Source of the DNA: a virus | Length of the DNA stretch: 64,000 bases | Direction: 5' to 3' (one strand) | Virus record (IMG/VR): IMGVR_UViG_3300009285_005282 | Location: 32,001-96,000 of that record | Part shown: positions 56,001 to 63,804 of the stretch, piece after piece | Position numbering within the stretch: position 1 is the first letter of the stretch | Layout of the letters: the number at the start of each line of letters is the position of its first letter | The notes under the pieces: generated by a model | Databases searched by the model: none | Seen by the model: the letters and a program-made list of their open reading frames with translations, nothing else | Told to the model about the DNA's origin: nothing | Position numbers and translations under genes: made by a program

Positions 56001-58762
56001 ACCTCGCACGCTTTGTGGATGACGTGGTCGGACACGGCGCGGAGAACAAGCACCTGCCCCCGTTCTTTCGTACTGCACCTCGGGAGTTTGTGGTTGGCCT
56101 GCTGAGCGGCTTGTGGGATACGGACGGGTCAGTGTCGTTCTCCGAAGCTAAGAACAAGCCGCAGTTCATGTGCAGCTACTCTTCCAACAGCCTACAGCTT
56201 GTTCAGGAGATTCAGAGTCTTCTACGGACGTGGGAGATTAGCTCGACGGTCACCCCCACGAAAACTCCTAAGGGTACACCCGCGTGGGTGCTCGGCGTGT
56301 CCACCGTCGACCTTTTCAAGTCTGATTTGGAGCTAAGGCTAGCCCACCCCGACAAGGCGACGGTGCTCCGACGGTTCTTTGACGGACCTCTTCCGGACGA
56401 CCGCATGGCCTACAGCCGCAACCGTTTGGTGCCGCTCCCCGCCGCCTTAGCCCGAGAGCTGCGAGTGCTGGTGGGGTGCCACGAGCGTACGAGCATGTAC
56501 AGCACGCTGAGCAAGGCCGTACAACGACAGTACATATCCAAAGTCATGGCCGAAGACGTGCTACGGGTGGTGCACAAGTGCTCCCATCCGTTGTTCGAGC
56601 GATGGCGACAGGTAGTGCAGTTGAAGGGTGTGCACTTTGAGAGAGTGGAAAGTGTCGTAACCACAACTGTCGAAGAAGACGGGTACGACCTTACTGTTCC
56701 CGGCTACGAGACGTTCATGAACGTCGACGGGGTTGTACTGTCCAATACCATGTCCGCCTTCGTCCCTATATCGGCAGAGGCAGTCTCCGAAGCGCGCAAC
56801 ATGTTTCCCTCCTCCAGCCTTCTCAGCCCCTCTACCGGCAAGCTCGCCTTCGCTCCTTCCCATGAACAGCAGGTGGGGCTGTTCATGGCCAGTCAGGTAA
56901 ACGCGGGGTCGGTGAAGCACTTCACGGACCGTGCAGCGCTGGACGTAGCGTTCAATGCGGGGAAGGCCAAGTTGAACGACGTCGTGACCGTCGGGTCCGT
57001 GAGAACGACCCTCGGACGGCTACGCATCAACGACCACCTCCCAACCTCAATGCAGGGAGGGCGCATCCTGACCGATCTCGGGTATCACCTTACCAACAAG
57101 GAACAGTCAGGGCTGTTCGCCGAGCTGGTCAAGACGGACCCGAAAGGGTACGCCGTGGCGGTCAACAAGCTCAAGGATCTCGGCAACCACGTGGCCTCCA
57201 CCGAAGGGTTCACTTTTGGGCTGGAGGACATCAAGGTCCACCGGGGTATTCGAGATCCCATCCTGCACGCCGCAGAACGGCAGACAGCGGGGCTGGACCT
57301 GACCAAGCCGAAGGACCTGCAGAAATACGTCGACGTCTACGGCAAGGCTATGACCCAGCTCGACACCGCATTGTTAGAACAGGCGCGGAGGGGCTCGGGG
57401 CAGCTCGACCGGTTGGAGGTCTCAGCGGGTATCAAGGGCAAGGCGTACCGACAGCTCACTGGAGCGCCAGTGCTGTTCGTGGACGGCAAGGGAGACGTGG
57501 TGCCCAACCCAGTCCGCCGTTCCTACTCCGAGGGGCTGACGACCACCGACTACTGGGCGGCCACCAGCGGCGGGCGGAAGGGCATCATCCAGAAGGTGCA
57601 GTCGGTAAGCGAGCCGGGGTACATGACCAAGATGATGACCAACTCCACCATCGACCAGATCGTGGACACTGACGACTGCGGGACCGAACGGGGCATTGCC
57701 CTTTCGGTGACCGAGCCGGACATCATTGGGCGGTACACCACCGCTCCCATCAACATGGCGCCGGGTAAGTCGCTACCTGCGGGAACGCTGCTCACCCCCG
57801 ATCTGGTCACGCGCATCCGCAACAACCGGGGCAACGCCAAGGTCGTCGTGCGCTCTCCGCTACGGTGTAACCACGCCACCGGACTCTGCGCTCGGTGTGC
57901 GGGGCTGAACGAACACGGTCAGCCGCACGATCTTGGCACCAACGTGGGGGTGCTCGCCTCTCAGGCCATAGGTGAGCGCGGCACGCAGCTCGCAATGCGG
58001 GCCTTTCACGCAGGTGGAGTCTTCGAGCCCGGCGGTGCTTCCTCCCTCACCGCGGGGGGTATGGACCGCGCACTTGACCTATTGTACCTCCCGCAGAAGG
58101 TCAAGGGCTCAGCCGTACTGGCACCTCTTTCAGGCACGGTAACTCAGGTACGCAAGGACCCTGCTGGAGGGGTACGGGTTGCGGTCCGTTCCGGCGCGGC
58201 GGCAACCGAGGTGTACATCCCGCAAGACCGCGCCCCCTTGTCGACGCTGCGCGCTGGCGCCACGGTAAAGCGCGGCGACTTGCTCTCCTCCGGACCGGTC
58301 AACCCGCACGAGCTTTTACCACTAGCAGGGGTGAACCGTACGCAGGGACACTTGGCAGAGGAGCTGCATGACCTGTATGGCAACTACGGCATCCGTCGGA
58401 GGCACTCCGAGCTCCTAGTGCGGGCGGTCACAGGGGTGACCAAGATCGAAGACCCGGGGGACCATCCGGGATTCCTGCGTGGTGACTACGCCAACGTGGC
58501 CGCGGTGCAGCAGTGGAACAAGCAGAACAAGACCGGACGACCTGTCCAGCACGCGCCGGTGCTGCGTGGCGTCAAGCAGATTCCCTTGGACGTGCAGGAG
58601 GACTGGCTTGCACGGTTGAACCACAACCGTCTCCAGAGTACGCTGGTGGAAGCGGCGCAGCAGGGATGGTCGTCCGATCTGCACGGGACGCACCCCATCC
58701 CGGGGATTATTTACGGTGAGGAGTTCGGGAAAGGAACTCCGGACAAACCATGGAGGTACTAG
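50024..58762 (+). CDS. rpoBC: Fused DNA-directed RNA polymerase beta-beta' polypeptide with two inteins
   Basis: beta: NQWRLRPG, HTPES, PFINSDSPNRATM, GRNFED, GDKL/SGRHGNKG, LNPIG..GRMNVGQ, KLEHQVDKK; beta': PVLPPAMRP, KRDPVLH, NADFDGD, bridge helix EGLT...GGRKG, trigger loop GERGTQLAMRAFH. Confidence 0.97.
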   Translation: MARLDPKESYEALKDGVKEAISKTFPHVGKVNTLELEGIDIPDELSSSDYAAQKQAKLNERTFGIPVQATMVLRENATGKVLDRSVVKIATLPKITDRYSYITAGTEYQVDNQWRLRPGVYTKVKQNGDLDSFFNIKGRPLHVGFDPKTRKFDFQIGGAAPPLYPLMKALGVSDDTLERQWGTDILAANRVDTRGKPHNLQRTVIDIAQRLDPRAEVGSYEQAASVIRANLESSALHPEVTQRTLGKSIDRITPEAMLLSTGRLLGIAKGKEREDVRDSQLFKDLHSTEDFVKERITGHASVIARRVGNNLDRKGKIREIVVPDVYDRPIREFFGKVSLANSAAQTNPLRMIGGQMRTTIAGEGGVADANRITEDAKLVDPSHFGVLDPLHTPESSATGVSLQLALGARKQGNRVVVPLIDVKDGKTKLVDTSVMYDSTVALPDSVKKQGDKFVPVSGSKVVASVPGNAMLPVAMKDVDYIVPRSGQMFSMATNLVPFINSDSPNRATMAGRHMEQAIPVVNSEPPLVQSMLGSVSMDTVIGRFASTRAPLDGKVTKITADHITVADADGVEKHIPVYSHFPLNDKKGYIHSTPVVKVGDTVKSGQLLADSNFTKGGVYAPGTNLRTAYMTWAGRNFEDGVVLSETAAQKLASAHMYKKGLATRDLELPGKKKYHAYYPLQKEQLEKLDDTGVVRVGQRVKPGDTLVAALAERTLTTEEQRLKLLHNSLVKPKKDKAVTWDEDYEGEVVEVHRTPKRVQVHVKTVEPMEIGDKLCYDEQTDVLTLTGWKPVSEVTCEDLVCCLVGEEVVYQHPIAVFSYPTGGRMYVIRSQQVDLFVTAAHQMYVRLRGAQQYQLLPAESLFGKRVRYRKDGVWRGEHRQSITLPAVTVPDRRYKLGQRDTAPLTLDMSTYLLLLGAFLADGNCVCIPNSGTYGIEFSKVREPNRAELRAALTTAGISWTPASNNTKTRLHSVTLLHHFQQFGHAADKFIPDAMFGLPPEQLAVLFHWLFTWGDGHTKNGKPVSQSTVSPRLADGLQRLALHLGMAANVTVLHDAGLTTIKGQECHVQKTYDVRMVTTKLHPQVNHGHVHQQRAQTEEIVEDYDKPVYCVMVPEHVIYVRRNGKPVWSGNSGRHGNKGITTQILPDAEMPHDREGRPMEILLNPIGLAGRMNVGQILETAAGKLAEKTGQTYQVSNFTSTDNLTDVQNALKKAGISDKEDLIDPNTGKVIPQILVGKQQIIKLEHQVDKKMLSRSRDAYDHNLVPRGGGKHGAQSYGALGLYALLAHGSRANIREAQTWRSDRAQGGDTDELWGALQSGELLPPPRKTFAYRKFNAYLNTLGVNTEKDGNSLTLVPMTDKQVLEMSNGELTDAGRVLRMKSLTPEPGGLFDEKITGGLSGQKWAHLTLTHPVPNPLFEKAVMSLAGIRGPQFDSLIQGQNGVTEQGAIVGPGVQGALYGPQSIERLLSKVNVGTELERETARLPRLKGQLLNETARKVKYLRALQKANLTPVDAYMTKHVPVLPPAMRPVSVMDDGSLQTDDLNQIYKSLALVNQQAGAFPEGTPWSLKAPVAASVYDHVKSLAGLGGSLNRKHPGILDIIAGRNSPKEGYAQAVLIKRKQDLTARSTIVPDPGLALDEAALPRKLAKEMYKPFIVAELRRATGRSPLEAKELIDKDDPLAVSALDRVVQQRPVLLKRDPVLHKYGVQAFKPRLTDGRAIQIHPLVCSSYNADFDGDAQVGAVFAFLPNALYDAECGFWSQREVGMTARFQETVSYDTEGGHMVICDLKDFPHLEAKTTRGHIDYHPVPVGVKVVALDERDGPVLAEVTGWSLHRKRRVEIVTLGSGRQIVTDDDERAVYGVDASSLEWCRRRPREARDQFVPVVDQTPVSDVVQWKTWPVRSSSPRLHAQVPGNFDFGYFLGAIVGDGWAARVDGDPHDVCLGSSIAEVSKRWTDAAQVLFQEPVASCWIWRAHGKLGASEGSGSVTISCRDLARFVDDVVGHGAENKHLPPFFRTAPREFVVGLLSGLWDTDGSVSFSEAKNKPQFMCSYSSNSLQLVQEIQSLLRTWEISSTVTPTKTPKGTPAWVLGVSTVDLFKSDLELRLAHPDKATVLRRFFDGPLPDDRMAYSRNRLVPLPAALARELRVLVGCHERTSMYSTLSKAVQRQYISKVMAEDVLRVVHKCSHPLFERWRQVVQLKGVHFERVESVVTTTVEEDGYDLTVPGYETFMNVDGVVLSNTMSAFVPISAEAVSEARNMFPSSSLLSPSTGKLAFAPSHEQQVGLFMASQVNAGSVKHFTDRAALDVAFNAGKAKLNDVVTVGSVRTTLGRLRINDHLPTSMQGGRILTDLGYHLTNKEQSGLFAELVKTDPKGYAVAVNKLKDLGNHVASTEGFTFGLEDIKVHRGIRDPILHAAERQTAGLDLTKPKDLQKYVDVYGKAMTQLDTALLEQARRGSGQLDRLEVSAGIKGKAYRQLTGAPVLFVDGKGDVVPNPVRRSYSEGLTTTDYWAATSGGRKGIIQKVQSVSEPGYMTKMMTNSTIDQIVDTDDCGTERGIALSVTEPDIIGRYTTAPINMAPGKSLPAGTLLTPDLVTRIRNNRGNAKVVVRSPLRCNHATGLCARCAGLNEHGQPHDLGTNVGVLASQAIGERGTQLAMRAFHAGGVFEPGGASSLTAGGMDRALDLLYLPQKVKGSAVLAPLSGTVTQVRKDPAGGVRVAVRSGAAATEVYIPQDRAPLSTLRAGATVKRGDLLSSGPVNPHELLPLAGVNRTQGHLAEELHDLYGNYGIRRRHSELLVRAVTGVTKIEDPGDHPGFLRGDYANVAAVQQWNKQNKTGRPVQHAPVLRGVKQIPLDVQEDWLARLNHNRLQSTLVEAAQQGWSSDLHGTHPIPGIIYGEEFGKGTPDKPWRY
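52346..53413 (+). mobile_element. Intein 1 (356 aa, class 1) with LAGLIDADG endonuclease, in beta GDKL|SGRHGNKG
   Basis: Starts CYDEQTDVLT, block B TAAH, LLGAFLADG, ends VWSGN before Ser+1. Confidence 0.93.
55235..56746 (+). mobile_element. Intein 2 (504 aa, atypical Ala1) with LAGLIDADG endonuclease, in beta' NADFDGD|TM
   Basis: FLGAIVGDG and LSGLWDTDG motifs; block F/G GYDLTVPGYETF...VLSN before Thr+1; removal restores NADFDGDTM. Confidence 0.88.
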
Positions 58763-58764
58763 CA

Positions 58765-59166
58765 ATGGATCGCGCTTCGGAGATCATGTACCGAGCGTTC
58801 TTCGACGAGTTGGGGCACATCGAACGACACCGGCTGTCCAAACTGGCGGTAGATGCAGCAGCGGCTGCACAGCTCCCCGGTTTCATGAGCCGTGTCGGGC
58901 AAGGGTTGGTCAACCTGGGACAGCACGGGGCCGGTGCGGCAGGTAAGGCGATTCGTGCTGGGTACACCAACGCCGCCCAAGGCTTTGCAAAAGCCAACCC
59001 CGACGTGGGCTGGGTAGGACGGAACTGGCAGGGCGTGAAGGGCGCGCTACGAACGCCCGAAGGGGCAGCTGCCGCTCTCGGCGCCGGTGTGCTCGGCACG
59101 ACCGCAGTCGGTGCTGGTGGGCTGGGCTACTTGCACGGACGCAGCACAGCGGCCCCGCGGTACTGA
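58765..59166 (+). CDS. Gly/Ala-rich putative virion protein with AFFDEL...KLA leader
   Basis: GGAGG RBS; C-terminal ALGAGVLGTTAVGAGGLGYL. Confidence 0.7.
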   Translation: MDRASEIMYRAFFDELGHIERHRLSKLAVDAAAAAQLPGFMSRVGQGLVNLGQHGAGAAGKAIRAGYTNAAQGFAKANPDVGWVGRNWQGVKGALRTPEGAAAALGAGVLGTTAVGAGGLGYLHGRSTAAPRY

Positions 59167-60293
59167 TGCCCCGCTCCCGCGCCATGTCCCCCACGCAGCG
59201 GGGGACCCAGACCGTTGCCATCGAGCAAGGTCAGGTCATCAATGTCGATGTAGCGCGCTTCACCGTGGACGTGCGGACGAGCCGTACCCATCGGCTATTG
59301 CTCGACTTGAAGGTCGGAGCACCCTATCTGCACTACAACGCCGGTGAGGGGTTCTCGGTCATGCCCGAAGTAGGAGCGCTGGTGCAGGTCTGCCTGCCGA
59401 GTGACGACGTCCCCTTCATTCTCTGCTTCGTGACCGCGTTCGAGCGTGCGGACACGGACACCTCCAGCGAGCAGTCCCAGGCGACTTTTCGTGCTGGCCG
59501 CCCCGACATGGAACAGGGGGACATGCTGCTCCGTACCAGGGATGGCAACCAACTCTGGCTGCACCGGGGCGGGGTCGTGGAGATCGGGGCCACTCGGTTG
59601 GCGCAGCGAGTGTACGTCCCACTTACGAACCTTATCCGGGACGTGTTCGAGAACTACGAAGCCCTCTCTACCGCCGGGGAGATGTACTGGACCACCACCA
59701 GGTCCGACAGCGACCCGGATGATACGGCACGGGCGGTGTTCACGGTTGGGGTGCGGGACGCCGCGCAGGACTCCGCGAGCTCGGTGATGGTCAAGCTCGG
59801 CCACGTCGACGACACCATACGTGTTCGCTGCGTGGTAGCTCCCAACAGTATCGACAGCCGAACCGGCGAGGTGGACGGTGACGCCGTGTACGAGCTGACC
59901 ATCAACGAGGACGGCGACGTTGCGGTCACTACGGCCGGCGACGTCACCGCCGACGTGGACGGCGAGTTGGAGCTCACTGTCTCCGGTGAGGCCAACGTCA
60001 CCACCGGGAACCGCACCGACACCGTCAACGGTAACCTCAGTGTGCAGGTGAGCGGCGAACACGAGCTGCGCGCTGCTACGAGTCGAGAGACGGTGAGCGG
60101 GTCAAAGGTGCTGGACAGCCCGTTGGTTTTGCTTGGCGGTCCCGGCGCCCATGATGCGATGATGCTGGTGACAAGCTCGGTCATTGCCTTCATGGCGGCC
60201 CACACGCACGACGTGCTGGGCTCGGCCACTGGCCCCCCGAGCCCTTCGGTCACCCCGGCGCAGATGTCCGCACGTCGTGTAAAGGGGGTGTGA
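59166..60293 (+). CDS. Baseplate central spike protein (gpV/gp5-like)
   Basis: N-terminal OB-fold MPEVGALVQV, beta-helix repeats V.G...V.G, C-terminal HTH (His-Thr-His) metal-binding apex motif. Confidence 0.8.
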   Translation: MPRSRAMSPTQRGTQTVAIEQGQVINVDVARFTVDVRTSRTHRLLLDLKVGAPYLHYNAGEGFSVMPEVGALVQVCLPSDDVPFILCFVTAFERADTDTSSEQSQATFRAGRPDMEQGDMLLRTRDGNQLWLHRGGVVEIGATRLAQRVYVPLTNLIRDVFENYEALSTAGEMYWTTTRSDSDPDDTARAVFTVGVRDAAQDSASSVMVKLGHVDDTIRVRCVVAPNSIDSRTGEVDGDAVYELTINEDGDVAVTTAGDVTADVDGELELTVSGEANVTTGNRTDTVNGNLSVQVSGEHELRAATSRETVSGSKVLDSPLVLLGGPGAHDAMMLVTSSVIAFMAAHTHDVLGSATGPPSPSVTPAQMSARRVKGV

Positions 60294-60577
60294 CCATGCT
60301 GAACGCTACCGCACTGGAGACGCAGATTTTGGAGCTCTATGCTCAGGAGCTGGCGGGGGCCTTTCCTGACGTGCTCAAAGGTGTTGAAATAGAGCGAGTG
60401 TCTCGTGAGGACGGCACCGAGCAGATAACCGTTGTGGAACGTCGTGGGCCGATCGAGGTAGACGCAAACAAACTGCGACCGTTGGCAAGAGCCATCGCGC
60501 AGGCGGTCGTGCAACACCTGGTCACGCACGGGGAAGCGGTAGACCCTGCGGGCGTGGCAAACTGGAGGTTGAGATGA
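60290..60577 (+). CDS. Hypothetical protein
   Basis: GTGA/ATGA coupling; LARAIAQAVVQHL helix typical of spike-adjacent proteins. Confidence 0.65.
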   Translation: MTMLNATALETQILELYAQELAGAFPDVLKGVEIERVSREDGTEQITVVERRGPIEVDANKLRPLARAIAQAVVQHLVTHGEAVDPAGVANWRLR

Positions 60578-62544
60578 ACTTATACGTGGAACCTGCACCG
60601 TTGCAGAAGGTTGCGGGTGAGACCCCACTGGACTCCTCCTCCGACGTTTGGCCGGAGCAGGTGCACCAGGAGCTGATCAGACAACACCCGTACCTGGGGA
60701 CGTACACCGTCACCCCGGTGATGACCCGCACCGACGGCGAGCAAGGCTACGGGTTGGGGTTCTTGCGCGTCAGCAACAGGTCCCAGATGCAGGACACCGG
60801 TCCCGCGGCTGAGTCGCTTATGGCAGCTCGCGGAGTGCGCGCGGTGCGCGTACCAATCGTCATCCGGCACAGCAAGCTCCAACCGCTGGATATTTTCATA
60901 GACGATAAGGGAAAGACGTGGCCCCTGACCGACTTGCGGGTGCGCGCTGCGCTCTTTCGCCCAGAGCTTTTCGACAGCACTGGCACCGCCCCGGCCAGTG
61001 CGGGGCTGGCTGAGCAGCTGTACCCACCCGGCGCCCGGATGGAGCACAGCGGGCTCATCGGCAAATACAGCTCCGAGCAGGCTATGCTGGCCCGGGTTGC
61101 GCCAACGATAAGCGCCGCCTCGTTGCACAAGCTGGCGACCGAGCTGCGGCAGGAAACGGTGTACCAGGCGGTCGCAGGACGTCCCGTTGCCGGGCTGATC
61201 GACGTGTTGGCCAACGTGCAGCCTGTCACCAGGGAGGACATTGCCAAGGTAGCCGGGATGACCCCCCGGGCACCAGACGTGGTACAGGTAGAGCGGATGG
61301 GGGAGACCTACCTGATCAAAACCGCCAACAGCGAGGACTTCGCCCCCGAGGTGGTCGAAGCGGACCGGTTCACCGCTCAAGAGGTTGCCGGGAACGACCT
61401 GGTCACCGAAGCCGACGCCTCCGGGGTAGCGACGGTATCCGCCAACCCGACAGTCCGCCAGGGCAGCATGGAGGATGAGAAGATCTCCCCCATCTCCGAC
61501 TTCGGAGAGTACCGCGTGAAGACCACCGAGGGCCACGAGCTGCTGGGGTGGGTCTTTCCTCACGTCATCGACTTCAATGGAGTCGAGCTCCCCATGACGC
61601 TCTTCACCAATGGCTCGGTGTCGGCGGTGCAGTCCACCATCGTAGGCTCGTTGGTGGGGCGTAGCACCAACGTCATTCGTGGCCGACCAGAGGGCTACGG
61701 GTTCTTCTACCGGGTCACCTCCACTGGCGGCGCCGTGGCTGTCCAACCGGTGGAGCTGCGCGAACGGTTCGAGGATGAACGGGGCGTTGTCCTTCGGGGC
61801 ACGACGCTGTTAGGGGAGCCGTTGGAGCTGCGCTTCAGCCCCGACGTGCAACTCCCGACTGCTATCGACGAGGGCGTGTACTTGCTGCCGGCGGACGTAC
61901 GTTGGGCACCGCTTGGCAAGCGGGTGGAGACCGGGTTACTGGACAACCCTGAAGCCTTCGCCAAGCTCGCTTCGCTGCAACGCGCCCCGGCGCATCTTCG
62001 GGTAACCTCCGACGGGCGGGCCTGGTCGCTGTCCGGCCCCGCAGTTGAAAAGGTTGCCCACCGTTGGCGGGAAGCTCTGGGACCCGGTGACGCGCTGTTC
62101 ATGACCGGGGTGGTCGGCATGACGCCCAGCCACGGCGCGAGGATGCTGGTCAAGGCGGCCCGAGAAGGGCGGGTGGACGTCTACGGTTGTCGAGCGCCGA
62201 CCCCGGCGGGGAGTCGTCTGGCTGCAGCTCGGGGGGACATGGAGAAATGGGCCGCGCAGGTCCCCCCCGCTCCGTGGTTGCTCAAGGAGGCCGCAGCGCT
62301 GGAGGACGTCGAGGTCGCCGACAAGGTACTCTCCTTGGGGTTCCTGAACCCCTCGAACGTGCATCTTTTTGTTAGCTGGTTACCAGAACTAGAGGAGGCG
62401 CTCAGTAAGCTGGCGGGGCTGCTGTTAGCAGTGCGGCTTGGCCTGGACGACGTCTCCGAGCACGCGGTCAAGACGGCGATGACCAGTGTAGACGAGACCC
62501 TGGTCGGGCTGAAGAAGCTGGTGTTCCACCAACCGGCGGCGTGA
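60574..62544 (+). CDS. Putative head/core protein with about ten K-x-A sites
   Basis: QKVA, HKLA, AKVA, IKTA, AKLA, EKVA, VKAA, MEKWA, LKEA, VKTA. Confidence 0.7.
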   Translation: MNLYVEPAPLQKVAGETPLDSSSDVWPEQVHQELIRQHPYLGTYTVTPVMTRTDGEQGYGLGFLRVSNRSQMQDTGPAAESLMAARGVRAVRVPIVIRHSKLQPLDIFIDDKGKTWPLTDLRVRAALFRPELFDSTGTAPASAGLAEQLYPPGARMEHSGLIGKYSSEQAMLARVAPTISAASLHKLATELRQETVYQAVAGRPVAGLIDVLANVQPVTREDIAKVAGMTPRAPDVVQVERMGETYLIKTANSEDFAPEVVEADRFTAQEVAGNDLVTEADASGVATVSANPTVRQGSMEDEKISPISDFGEYRVKTTEGHELLGWVFPHVIDFNGVELPMTLFTNGSVSAVQSTIVGSLVGRSTNVIRGRPEGYGFFYRVTSTGGAVAVQPVELRERFEDERGVVLRGTTLLGEPLELRFSPDVQLPTAIDEGVYLLPADVRWAPLGKRVETGLLDNPEAFAKLASLQRAPAHLRVTSDGRAWSLSGPAVEKVAHRWREALGPGDALFMTGVVGMTPSHGARMLVKAAREGRVDVYGCRAPTPAGSRLAAARGDMEKWAAQVPPAPWLLKEAAALEDVEVADKVLSLGFLNPSNVHLFVSWLPELEEALSKLAGLLLAVRLGLDDVSEHAVKTAMTSVDETLVGLKKLVFHQPAA

Positions 62545-62548
62545 CCCC

Positions 62549-63424
62549 GTGATACGTCACCCCGCTAAGTTCTGGGTCAAGTACCTGCTCGCACTGCGAG
62601 CCTACTCCGCCGACCAGATCAAGGCCATGCTGCTGTTTCGCGATCTGCCCGGTCTGGAGGTGGAGGACATCCAAGCGATCCAGGAGGAGATGGCGTTCCC
62701 GGTGTTGCTCCAGGTACGGAACAAGCAGCACGCCGCCAGCGTCAACTTCGTGCGAAGAGAGCAGATCGTCGCCGCCTGTCACGATACGCAAGAGTGGCGG
62801 CTGGCTCTGACGGTCTTGGAGGACGGTCGTCTGCGGCAAAACGTCGAGACGCTCATCCTCTCCCCCATCCGCGCCGAGTTCGTCGTTCGCAAGTTGCAGC
62901 AGAAGTTGGGGTGTCACCAGCTCACCGCCGAGGCGTTCGAGTGCTACCAACACTACTTCTGGAACCGGTCGAGCCTGACCGGCCCTGAGTGGGGCGCGTT
63001 GGCGTTGCGACGTAAGGAGCTCAATGCGGAGTGGGCACGGCTGGCGCTCGACGTGCGTGGTCCGTCAGGCGTCGAGCTGTTGCTCTGGCACATGGGCCTG
63101 GCGGACCTGCAACGGCAAAACGCGTCGGCGCGGTTCAACCGGTCGAGGGATGCTGCCTTCATGTTCCTGGGGCGGATCGAGCACGACTTGCCCTCTCGTG
63201 ACCATTCCCAGATGTTCCTCAACTACGCCAAGGCTGCGGCACTGATGCAGCGTGCCGCAGACGAGGTGGAGCAAGAGGATACCGACATGGTCAGCGCCTA
63301 CCGTGCCTTCCACTTGAAGGTCGAGCAAATCGACAACCCGTCGATCCTGGAGCTCACCGAGGGCAATTTCTCACCGGCTGAAGGACTGTCCGCCGGTGGG
63401 GGGTCTGAGGAGATGGACTATTGA
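62549..63424 (+). CDS. Hypothetical protein (helical, acidic C-terminus)
   Basis: 291-aa ORF coupled to next gene. Confidence 0.7.
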   Translation: MIRHPAKFWVKYLLALRAYSADQIKAMLLFRDLPGLEVEDIQAIQEEMAFPVLLQVRNKQHAASVNFVRREQIVAACHDTQEWRLALTVLEDGRLRQNVETLILSPIRAEFVVRKLQQKLGCHQLTAEAFECYQHYFWNRSSLTGPEWGALALRRKELNAEWARLALDVRGPSGVELLLWHMGLADLQRQNASARFNRSRDAAFMFLGRIEHDLPSRDHSQMFLNYAKAAALMQRAADEVEQEDTDMVSAYRAFHLKVEQIDNPSILELTEGNFSPAEGLSAGGGSEEMDY

Positions 63425-63804
63425 GCATCCTAGTTCGATCGGAGCTTCCTGCGCCTGGAGTGGTAAGCGCCGGGGAACCTCCGACGCCCCTACCCATGGG
63501 GACCTTCGACGCAGAGTACGTCATCCGCGATGGTGACCTGATCGTCCACCTGTACCGGCGGGACGGAGATGAGAAGTTCTTCTGGTTCAAGGACGACCCG
63601 GTGACCCTGCGGCAGGCGTTCCTGATGATTTTCCGGCTGGACGGACGGGAGGAGCAGTTGCAGGTGGAGCTCGTGCCCGAGCTCTACAGCTGGTGCGTTA
63701 TCGTTCGACAGGTGGCTGGTCTGCACCTACCGAGTCGAGATACAATTTGGCGTACGCTCGACCTGTTTGAGCGAGCGCGCACGTCGCGTGGAGGACCAGA
63801 ATGA
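63421..63804 (+). CDS. Hypothetical protein
   Basis: Overlaps stops/starts on both sides. Confidence 0.6.
   Translation: MSILVRSELPAPGVVSAGEPPTPLPMGTFDAEYVIRDGDLIVHLYRRDGDEKFFWFKDDPVTLRQAFLMIFRLDGREEQLQVELVPELYSWCVIVRQVAGLHLPSRDTIWRTLDLFERARTSRGGPE

Noticed and set aside
50024-58762. Bacterial chromosomal rpoBC locus
   Set aside because: No ribosomal-protein or nusG neighbours; flanked by portal and baseplate genes; sequence is shortened and divergent
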